Shown here piece by piece: positions 8,272-16,396 of a stretch of DNA of 25,541 nt. Source of the DNA: Myxococcota bacterium (GTDB lineage: Bacteria; Myxococcota; SpSt-1050). Position 1 is the stretch's first letter; each line of letters opens with the position of its first letter. A program made the translations under genes and the position numbers. The stretch spans positions 1 to 25,541 of the forward strand of contig JBMFOP010000045.1 in assembly GCA_049969675.1 (NCBI GenBank), written 5' to 3'. The notes under the pieces are model-generated. The model was not told where the DNA came from. It saw nothing but the letters and a program-made list of their open reading frames with translations, and searched no databases.

Positions 8272-9426
8272 ATGGAAGAAAATATACTACATATCAATAT
8301 CCCCTTCTTTCTTGCCTCGGTAGAATCTCTATTTGACAGCTCACTCAAAGATAGACCTCTGATATTTTCAAACTCTACATCTTTACATTCCCCCATAATT
8401 GACCTCTCTGAATCTGCCTACCGCTCTGGAATTAGAAAGGGTATGACCATTCTAAATGCAAAGAGAGTTGAGAAGGATATCCTCATCATCAGGCCGAACC
8501 CGGAGAGGTACACAGATGTCCTCAAAGGTATAAAGAGGATCTTTTACAATCTCACCCCGCGCTTTGAACTCCTCCCCTCCGGGGAGGGATATCTGGATAT
8601 TAAAGGTACAGCAAAACTATCAGGAAGCGCAGAGAATATAGCCCTTCGCCTATATAGAGAGATTATAAAGGATCTCAGACTCAGGAGTCAGATTGGGATC
8701 GGAAGTAATAAACTTATCAGCAGGGTCGCATCATCTTTCTTCAACAATGAGGCAGTCATAAAGGTCATAAGTGGTGAAGAGAGGACATTTATCTCCCCGA
8801 TGTCTATCAAAATCTTACCGGACATCGACAGCTGGGTCATCAAGCGGTTATATGACTACTCCATATTTACAGTGGGAGATATAAACAGATTAACGAGAGA
8901 GCATCTATCTACTATATTTGGCAAGTTTGGAGAACTCCTCTCGCTCTGGGGGAGAGGGATTGATACAAGACCTATAATCACAGATAATTCACCACTAATA
9001 AAGGAAGAGGCAGATATCTCATATGAAGAGAACGAAGGGCGACTACTGAAGAATAAGCTCTTCTCTATCGCCTCTCAGATTGGATTCAGGCTCAGAGAAC
9101 GAAGGGTCGTCTCAGGGAGATTCAGACTGACAATTATATATACCGATGACCTCATATCAGATGGTTATATCGGGATCAGACCCGGCACCAATACGGACCT
9201 CTCCATCTACCGCCATCTCCTCTCGCTCTTCTATCGCATCAGAACCAGACGTGTAAATGTCAGGAGAATAACAGTCACCTCTTCCCTCTTCTCTCCACTC
9301 TTTGTCCAACAAGAAATCATACCTCTTCCACATTCTCGGGAGAGAAGACTCTTTGAGGCAATAGATGCCATAAGAGACCGCTTCGGGAGAGGGGCTATCA
9401 GCTTCGGACTGGAACATAATATATGA
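8272..9426 (+). CDS. Y-family (DinB/ImuB-like) polymerase homologue, predicted catalytically inactive
   Basis: IMS fold motifs (FFLASVE, GIRKGM, EGYLD, IGIGSNKLIS). Catalytic Asp positions are replaced: HINIP vs HIDMD and SGE vs SIDE. C-terminal AIDAIRDRFG motif. Confidence 0.88.
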   Translation: MEENILHINIPFFLASVESLFDSSLKDRPLIFSNSTSLHSPIIDLSESAYRSGIRKGMTILNAKRVEKDILIIRPNPERYTDVLKGIKRIFYNLTPRFELLPSGEGYLDIKGTAKLSGSAENIALRLYREIIKDLRLRSQIGIGSNKLISRVASSFFNNEAVIKVISGEERTFISPMSIKILPDIDSWVIKRLYDYSIFTVGDINRLTREHLSTIFGKFGELLSLWGRGIDTRPIITDNSPLIKEEADISYEENEGRLLKNKLFSIASQIGFRLRERRVVSGRFRLTIIYTDDLISDGYIGIRPGTNTDLSIYRHLLSLFYRIRTRRVNVRRITVTSSLFSPLFVQQEIIPLPHSRERRLFEAIDAIRDRFGRGAISFGLEHNI

Positions 9427-12422
9427 TGTTACTATCATTTCAATCCTCGTTTTCTCCATTTGAAGGGCTCTATTCACCCGAGGAGATCTACAACATTGCA
9501 AAAGGACTTGGCTACTCCTCCGTCCTTATCGCCGATACAAATAATCTTTATGGATTTGCAGAGATAATTCGCCTCAGGCGTGAAAAAGGACTGAATATAT
9601 ACACCGGATCGCTACTTAAATATTCAACAAAGGATTCTATACCACCAATCCTCGCCATACCAATAGACGACACAGGGCTCTCAAACCTATTCAATCTCAT
9701 ATCATCACTCAATACCAATAAAAATCTCCGAGATGAAAAATTTATGAGATATCTAACAACACTCTCCGATGGACTAATATTGATCAGTTCTGATATCAAT
9801 ACAATAAAAACCCTCAAGAAACTCTCACAGGAATCGTTCTTTGGTATAAACCACAAAAATATCCCGCTCTACCCTCTTGTGAAGGCAGAAGGGATAAGGG
9901 CGGTCATCCTTCAGAACGCCATATTACATTCGGAGGAGGACATTACAACAGCAATATTGCTGAGATGTATAGAGAGGAGAAAGAGGTTTGATGAGATGAG
10001 TCATATTTATGAATCACTAAAATGCCATATAGCCATTCCATTCCAGAGTATGGAGAAGAGGTTCAGGTACATCTATGAGGCCTTTGAGAACCTTAATTAC
10101 ATTGAATCCCGGTTGCAGGATAACATCCTGAAACCTGCAGAAATACTACCTGGCAAAGAGCTCTTAGATGCCCCATCAAGACTTTACAAACTTGCCATAA
10201 ATGGTGCGAAAAAGAGATATACCTCCCTAAATGAGACAATTCTTTCAAGGCTCAGATATGAACTCAATATCATTTCACAGAAGGGATATGCAGGGTACTT
10301 CCTGATTGTAAAGGAGATTATTGATCGTACAGAGCTTACCTGTGGCAGGGGTTCTGCTGCGGCAAGTCTGGTGGCATACTGCCTCGGGATTACAAATGTT
10401 GACCCAATAAAGCATAATCTAATGTTTGAAAGATTCTTGAACCCCGAGCGGAGCGACCCACCCGATATTGATGTAGACTTTGCATGGGACGAACGGGAAG
10501 AGATATTTGACTTTATATTCAACAAATATAACCAGAGGGCTGCACAGGTCTCCAACCATAATAGATTTGCAAAGAGGCTCGCCATAAGGGAGGTGGCACG
10601 GGCACTTGGATTTTCAGAAGAGGAGATAAATAGGATTACAAGAATATTGGAACCTCTTATGGATTACAAACATCAAGGCAGATATATCCATAAGGAGGAG
10701 CGGGGAGTAATAAGAGATAGCACAATAAACAAAATTTATAACATAGCGAGCAGAATCGCCCCCAATATGAGGCATATCTCCACTCACTGCGGAGGTGTGG
10801 TAATCTCTCAAAGAGATATCAAAGTCTCCCTTCCGCTTGAGATAACAGGCGGTGGGAGATTAGTGACCCAGTGGGACAAAGATGACCTTGAAGAGCTCTC
10901 AATAGTCAAGATAGATATTTTAGGGAATCGCTCACTTGCAGTAATAAGAGATGCAATAAAGATGATACAGAGGAACTATGGAATTGACATTAAGAAGAAG
11001 AGAGTGTCCTTTGAAGAAGATGCTCTTACCATTGAGTTGCTCAGGAGAGGTAAGACCATTGGGGTCTTTTACATTGAATCCCCGGCGATGAGACAGATTC
11101 AGAAGAAGACCGGGGTGGCTGACTTTGAACATATAGTTATTCACAGCTCCATCATAAGGCCAGCCGCAAACAGATACATAAACGAATATATAGAGAGGCT
11201 CAAAGGGAAACCTTACAGACCTCTCCACCCCGCCCTCTCCGAGCTCCTCTCCGAGACTTATGGGATTATGTGCTATCAGGAAGATGTAATGAAAGCCGCT
11301 ATATCTATTGCTGGTTTCAACTATGAAGATGCAGATAGATTGCGAAAGACACTCTCAAAGAAAAACAGGGCTGAGAAGATAGAATATTACAGAGAGAAGT
11401 TCTTTGAGGGAGGACGAAAGAGAGGTGTGGATGAAGTGGCGCTTAGGGAGATATGGGAGATGATAGAGTCATTTGGGGGTTACTCCTTCTGCAAACCACA
11501 TTCCGCCTCATATGCACAGGTCTCATTTATGTCAGCATATATCAAGGCACACTTTCCTGCCGAATTTATTGCATCTGTCATCGGGAATAAGGGCGGATAT
11601 TATTCAGTCTTTGCATATATCTCAGAGGCAAGAAGGATGGGTATTAGGGTCAATCCGCCAGATATAAATCTATCTGATAAGAAGGCTGTGGCTATAGGGG
11701 ATTCTATCTGGCTCGGTTTTGAGGATATTTTAGGGCTCAAGCAATCTGCAATAGAAAGAATTATCACAGAGAGAGAAAGAGAGGGAAAATATACAGACTT
11801 CCGGGACTTCATTAGAAGAAATGGAGAATTGGATTTTGAAGATATCAGGCTCATCACCTTATCAGGATCATTTGATAAAATGGAAGGGATTCAGAATCGC
11901 ACCACTCTAATGCTCAAGGCTGAGCTATTCAAAAAGGGGAAGTCTGGCACCCTCTTCCAAAACGATACAACCAGGGAAGTCAACCTTCCACCTCTTTCAT
12001 TTAAGAGAATCATTGAGATAGAATCAGAGATATTTGGTTTTCCTCTCTCAATCCACCCAATCAAATTAGCCCCTCAACTACCTCCTGCAACTCACCTAAT
12101 CAAGGCATCCGAGATGGGAAAATATATAGGGAAAGAGATAAATATATTAGCCATCCTGATTACAGCAAAACCCATCCTCACCAGTCAAGACGAACCTATG
12201 GAGTTTCTCACATTTGAAGATGAGACCGATATCTTTGAGGCAGTCCTCTTCCCATCTGCATACAGAAACTTCAGTCATATAATAGATACCAGAAACGCCT
12301 TTATCCTCAGCGGAAAGGTGGAGGAGGATCACGGCGCAATATACCTCAATTGCAACAGAGTAAAATCAGTAAAACTATCCACCGAAAATCTACAAATACA
12401 GAGAACAAAGTCCACAGCATAA
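9423..12422 (+). CDS. dnaE2: Error-prone DNA polymerase III alpha subunit (DnaE2/ImuC type)
   Basis: GRGSAA, PPDIDVDF and KIDILG catalytic motifs are intact, as are SFCKPHSASYA and the C-terminal OB fold. The PHP domain is degenerate. ATGA overlap with the upstream PolY gene in a lexA-led operon. Confidence 0.88.
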   Translation: MMLLSFQSSFSPFEGLYSPEEIYNIAKGLGYSSVLIADTNNLYGFAEIIRLRREKGLNIYTGSLLKYSTKDSIPPILAIPIDDTGLSNLFNLISSLNTNKNLRDEKFMRYLTTLSDGLILISSDINTIKTLKKLSQESFFGINHKNIPLYPLVKAEGIRAVILQNAILHSEEDITTAILLRCIERRKRFDEMSHIYESLKCHIAIPFQSMEKRFRYIYEAFENLNYIESRLQDNILKPAEILPGKELLDAPSRLYKLAINGAKKRYTSLNETILSRLRYELNIISQKGYAGYFLIVKEIIDRTELTCGRGSAAASLVAYCLGITNVDPIKHNLMFERFLNPERSDPPDIDVDFAWDEREEIFDFIFNKYNQRAAQVSNHNRFAKRLAIREVARALGFSEEEINRITRILEPLMDYKHQGRYIHKEERGVIRDSTINKIYNIASRIAPNMRHISTHCGGVVISQRDIKVSLPLEITGGGRLVTQWDKDDLEELSIVKIDILGNRSLAVIRDAIKMIQRNYGIDIKKKRVSFEEDALTIELLRRGKTIGVFYIESPAMRQIQKKTGVADFEHIVIHSSIIRPAANRYINEYIERLKGKPYRPLHPALSELLSETYGIMCYQEDVMKAAISIAGFNYEDADRLRKTLSKKNRAEKIEYYREKFFEGGRKRGVDEVALREIWEMIESFGGYSFCKPHSASYAQVSFMSAYIKAHFPAEFIASVIGNKGGYYSVFAYISEARRMGIRVNPPDINLSDKKAVAIGDSIWLGFEDILGLKQSAIERIITEREREGKYTDFRDFIRRNGELDFEDIRLITLSGSFDKMEGIQNRTTLMLKAELFKKGKSGTLFQNDTTREVNLPPLSFKRIIEIESEIFGFPLSIHPIKLAPQLPPATHLIKASEMGKYIGKEINILAILITAKPILTSQDEPMEFLTFEDETDIFEAVLFPSAYRNFSHIIDTRNAFILSGKVEEDHGAIYLNCNRVKSVKLSTENLQIQRTKSTA

Positions 12423-12605
12423 AAATAGAGAATAGGCACATCTGTCCAAAATAATTTTTTGGATAAGAAAACCCCGGCAGGATAAAAAACATTGAAAGCA
12501 TTCCTCTATGAATAAGTATATCAGTATTTTTGGATAGATTTATGATTTGCATAAGCACAGCACAATAAAAATAACACAAAACCACAGGTGTGGTGTAGAC
12601 AAAAT

Positions 12606-12655
12606 GGCGAAGCGAAGCCCCGTGCCGTGCATGCTCATCCCCACAAGGGCTCACA
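12606..12655. other. GC-rich imperfect hairpin between convergent genes (terminator or repeat element)
   Basis: 33/50 GC in an AT-rich context. Arms AGCCCCGTG (12616-12624) and CACAAGGGCT (12642-12651). Confidence 0.4.
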
Positions 12656-12657
12656 GT

Positions 12658-13884
12658 TTATACCAAAGGTTGTATTGTAATTTTCCTGTTAGAAATCTGA
12701 ACTTTATCAATCAAAGATAAAACAGAACCATCTACTCCCAATTCAAAATCCAGATTCTCTGAGAGTATGGATATGCCACTTTCATCAAACTCAAGTATTA
12801 TCTGATAGCCTTTTCTTCTTTGTAAAATCCACATCATCACTACTGCCATAACTCTAATAAGACTCTCCTGATTCTCATCTATCTTTCCCTTAAACTTCAA
12901 TCCACCTCCATTTCTTTGCAATAATAGGTCAAAGGATTTCAGAAGATTCAGACATTTATCTTTATCTAAATCCTCAACAAACACTTTTAATATAGACTCA
13001 GATGAATCAGTTATAGATTTTTCCTCCTCTTCTCTCCTGAAATATTCTTTATATACAACCTTATGTTTATCTATCTCCGCAGACATAGTTTGAATAAGAC
13101 TATTTATGCTCTCCATCAATTGATTATACAATGGATAAACACTCTTTAATGTTATAAGATGAACCTTTCCAGCCTTTATCTCCTCAATTGAATTTTTTAT
13201 TTCGCCTATTATCCTATTCTCTTCCAGATCCAGATGTCTTGTAACCCAGAAGGAGAAGAAAGCCCCGATGATTATCAGGAGGATAAGAGCCAAAATGATA
13301 AATTTCAGACTCAATGGATGATCATATCTAAATTTTATTGAGAAGAATTTAAATTTTGCTACCTCTCTATAATCCCTTGCACCACACCGACCTTTACCAT
13401 CTGATTTATCCAGAGATTCCACACAGATACCAATATTTTTATATTCATTATTCAATGATAATGTTGAGATGTAAATATTCTCTCCACTCTCAAATGCAAC
13501 AAATGAAAATAGTTTATTATCTTCTACCAATGGCAGGATATATCCGAAGTTGTCATTTAGAAATACAATATTTTGAATATTCTTCTCAATATAGGTTGAA
13601 ACACCCTCTTTTGAGATACCTTCCCCCTTCAAAAACTTGAGAGTTCTATTATCTTTTTCATAGATAAATATATCCGATATCGGCTTATATTCATTATTCC
13701 GAATAACATTTTGCAGGTCATATTTGAGGGTTGTATATATAGTCTCAATCTGACTCCTTATCCTATGGAGATGCAAATCCTGAAGCCTCTCTCCACCCTC
13801 TCTGTAAAAAATATTATAAGAGACCAGAAGGGTAAATAGTGTGAACACCACCAATGAAACAAAGAAAATAAAAAATATCCTCAA
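12658..13884 (-). CDS. Hypothetical two-TM membrane protein with sensor-like topology (periplasmic domain, HAMP-like linker)
   Basis: TM1 at residues ~2-25 and TM2 (FIILALILLIIIGAFFSFWV), then a helical HAMP-like segment. TTG start with AGGGA upstream. No recognisable catalytic motif. Confidence 0.7.
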   Translation of the reverse strand: MRIFFIFFVSLVVFTLFTLLVSYNIFYREGGERLQDLHLHRIRSQIETIYTTLKYDLQNVIRNNEYKPISDIFIYEKDNRTLKFLKGEGISKEGVSTYIEKNIQNIVFLNDNFGYILPLVEDNKLFSFVAFESGENIYISTLSLNNEYKNIGICVESLDKSDGKGRCGARDYREVAKFKFFSIKFRYDHPLSLKFIILALILLIIIGAFFSFWVTRHLDLEENRIIGEIKNSIEEIKAGKVHLITLKSVYPLYNQLMESINSLIQTMSAEIDKHKVVYKEYFRREEEEKSITDSSESILKVFVEDLDKDKCLNLLKSFDLLLQRNGGGLKFKGKIDENQESLIRVMAVVMMWILQRRKGYQIILEFDESGISILSENLDFELGVDGSVLSLIDKVQISNRKITIQPLV

Positions 13885-13902
13885 ATCCCTTAAATTCCCT
13901 CT

Positions 13903-14043
13903 CTAAGATCCATAAAAGTTTATCAATTCACCCATCTTTATACCCCTGACGGGCTCTTCTGGGTATTCTCCACTCTTCAATATCTCTTTTAATATCTTTA
14001 TATAACCAATCCTCTCTTCTTTAGGTATCAAAATCTCTGCCAT
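13903..14043 (-). CDS. Small 46-aa hypothetical protein not in the ORF track
   Basis: Hand translation: MAEILIPKEERIGYIKILKEILKSGEYPEEPVRGIKMGELINFYGS*. It ends 18 nt before the next start, and its purine-rich codon pattern resembles neighbouring genes. Confidence 0.6.
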   Translation of the reverse strand: MAEILIPKEERIGYIKILKEILKSGEYPEEPVRGIKMGELINFYGS

Positions 14044-14152
14044 AAATATTTACTCATCATTCGTTATCTTGAAAAGTAATTGATTTTACTGATATAATAA
14101 AAGAAGTCTTTTTTCAAAATAAATCTTTAACCAAAAAGAAATTACATTTAAT

Positions 14153-14181
14153 TTGACAGACAAATATTCTAATAGTATAAA
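14153..14181 (+). promoter_or_regulatory. Sigma70 promoter of the PP2C phosphatase gene
   Basis: TTGACA (14153-14158)-N17-TATAAA (14176-14181). A second candidate, TTGAAA-N18-TATAAT with extended TG, lies at 14069-14098. Confidence 0.65.
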
Positions 14182-14207
14182 TTAAACCTGTATTCTGTAG
14201 GACTTTT

Positions 14208-14972
14208 ATGAAACCAATCGCCTCTGGCATAACAAATGTAGGAATGAAGAGAAGTCACAATGAGGATTCGTTTTTCATTGTAGAAGACGAGGGACTTTAT
14301 ATAATTGCAGATGGAATGGGTGGACACTCATCAGGTGAGATTGCATCTCAGATGGCAGTTGAGACTGTTGCCAACTTCTTTAAGTCAACCTCAAATGACG
14401 ATGAAGTAACATGGCCATTCAAAATGGACAAAGGGAGAGACTATCAGGAGAATAGACTTGTAACTTCAATCAAGCTCGCAAACCTCAGGATCTATGAATC
14501 TGCGCAGCGTGAAGCAAAATACAGAGGTATGGGGACTACAATTGTCTCAGCGCTATTCAAAAATGATGAGGTGATAATAGCCCATGTTGGAGATTCAAGA
14601 TGTTATATTATTAGTGGGAACGAGATGAGACAGATTACGGAAGATCACTCACTCCTCAATGATTATATAAAAGCAAAGAAACTCACCCCAGAAGAACTTG
14701 AAAACTTCCCACATAAAAATGTCATAGTCAGGGCTCTCGGGATGAAGGAGACAGTGCAGGTAGATATTAATCGGGTCAAACCAAAACCGAATGATATATT
14801 CCTCCTGTGCACCGATGGACTCTCCGGAATGGTTAAAGATGATGAGATGAAGAATATAGTGCTTTCAAACAGGGATAATTTAGAGAAGGCAAACGAATTA
14901 CTCATTGCAAAAGCCAATGAAAATGGTGGTGTTGATAATATCACCTGTATCCTTCTCAAGATAGTCCAATAA
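14208..14972 (+). CDS. PP2C/PPM-family Ser/Thr protein phosphatase (Stp1, myxobacterial Pph1-like)
   Basis: RSHNED, ADGMGGH, GMGTT, HVGDSR, LCTDGL and GGVDNIT motifs. The TWPFKMDK insert is as I recall from myxobacterial orthologues. Confidence 0.95.
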   Translation: MKPIASGITNVGMKRSHNEDSFFIVEDEGLYIIADGMGGHSSGEIASQMAVETVANFFKSTSNDDEVTWPFKMDKGRDYQENRLVTSIKLANLRIYESAQREAKYRGMGTTIVSALFKNDEVIIAHVGDSRCYIISGNEMRQITEDHSLLNDYIKAKKLTPEELENFPHKNVIVRALGMKETVQVDINRVKPKPNDIFLLCTDGLSGMVKDDEMKNIVLSNRDNLEKANELLIAKANENGGVDNITCILLKIVQ

Positions 14973-15269
14973 AATATATTCCATACAGCTCTCTATTCTC
15001 CTTCTAAATCCTGGTAAGATGTCACATCTGTCACTAATAAATTGTAATTGAAGACTTAAAGATATTGAATTTTTAAGAGAAGGCTTTCTATAAATATGTA
15101 TCGTATTAATTCCAACAAATTCTCCAAATATTGCTTAAGAACAGGTTTTATAAGGTATGATAGAGATAATGGATATTTTATGTTAGAGGGCATTTTATTT
15201 AATTGATTGTGAAAAGAATTGAGATAACCTGTTTATGAAAATATGTATTTACCATCCAAAATTCCCAAA

Positions 15270-15325
15270 ATTCTTATTATACAAATAGTTAACCTCTCAA
15301 AGCAGATTATTCTGAACAGCAGCGG
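15270..15325. repeat. Dispersed intergenic repeat, copy 2
   Basis: 19-bp exact match (15304-15322) to 197-215, with weaker ungapped similarity extending upstream. Confidence 0.7.
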
Positions 15326-15454
15326 ATAAATAAAATAAAGGCATAATATTGTGGTACTTTCATAGTAGATTATAAATTCCTGCTTTTGTAAAAATGATAA
15401 AACAAGGGATAGATTTTTTGTAGTTTCATAATCGGGCAATAAAAATTTTAAAAT

Positions 15455-16315
15455 TTATGTAGGCTCAAGTATGTTATATGTCAACCTTGGATTCTCAAAG
15501 CTACTCAGATAAAGCGATGCCTTTCTTAAAAATTCAAGGAGTTCATCCTCTGATGTAATATTCTCTCCATTAAGTTCAACCGTAACTATACCTGCAAACT
15601 TGCTCGTCCTCAAATAACCTATTATATAATCAAAATCTATAACCCCTTCATACGGGAGCAGATGTTCATCCTCCTCTCCATTGTTGTCGTGTAGATGCAT
15701 TGAGAAGAGGTATCTCCTTGCCTCCATCAAATCACTTATGTAATTGCTGAATATATTTGAATGGCCTATATCCAGACATATACCAAGATGTTCTGTATCA
15801 ATCTTATGGATGAGTTCTATCAACAATCCCACAGTTACAAATGGTGTGGTATGATTTTCAAGTGCAATCAGAATATCTCTCTTCTTTGCCTCCTCATTTA
15901 TGACTGTAAGAGATTCTATCAATAGATTTATCTCACTCTCGCTATTATTCTCAAGACCAGTATGAAGAATCGCCACTGGAATCCCGAGCTGACCTGCAAC
16001 TTCTATATGCCTGATAATCTCTCTTAAAGAATTTGAACGGATATTATTGTCCTCACAACAGATATTAACCTTTTTCCTCTCGTTGAGATCACTCACCCTG
16101 TTAAAATATATGGGTAGGTGTATTGAATTTATCTGAATGCCTATATTATCCTCCAGATTCATTAGAATCGCAGGATGTGTCTTATTTAATAAATCGCAGT
16201 GAGGTTTCTGCGCAAACAATTCAATTGATGTAATTCCATTCTGTTTTAATTTATTAAACAGGGAAAGGTCAATCTCCTTATCAATAAATGGCAATGTTGA
16301 GAGTGCAAACTTCAT
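15455..16315 (-). CDS. Sugar phosphate isomerase/epimerase (xylose isomerase-like TIM barrel)
   Basis: ALENH, CLDIGH, HLHDN, DEHL..EG.IDF and VEL metal-binding motifs. RBS GAGGTG. Confidence 0.88.
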   Translation of the reverse strand: MKFALSTLPFIDKEIDLSLFNKLKQNGITSIELFAQKPHCDLLNKTHPAILMNLEDNIGIQINSIHLPIYFNRVSDLNERKKVNICCEDNNIRSNSLREIIRHIEVAGQLGIPVAILHTGLENNSESEINLLIESLTVINEEAKKRDILIALENHTTPFVTVGLLIELIHKIDTEHLGICLDIGHSNIFSNYISDLMEARRYLFSMHLHDNNGEEDEHLLPYEGVIDFDYIIGYLRTSKFAGIVTVELNGENITSEDELLEFLRKASLYLSSFENPRLTYNILEPT

Positions 16316-16396
16316 AAAAACACCTCTATTGAATTTTATACTTTATTTCTTAAAACAAATCTATATAATAATTTCAATTTATTTGGAGTTTTTACG

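Noticed and set aside
12445..12463. Palindrome TCCAAAA-TAATT-TTTTGGA after dnaE2
   Set aside because: Too AT-rich to be a stable terminator and has no clear role.
12614..12652. Resemblance of the minus-strand hairpin (GAGCC...GCACG...TTC) to group II intron domain V
   Set aside because: It is 39 nt rather than ~34, lacks a GNRA-capped upper stem, and no domain VI or RT ORF is nearby.
12346..12654. 102-aa minus-strand ORF
   Set aside because: It runs through the hairpin and antisense into dnaE2, has no RBS and has atypical composition.
15233..15439. 68-aa minus-strand ORF
   Set aside because: Non-ATG start, no RBS, and it spans the non-coding repeat. Probably spurious.
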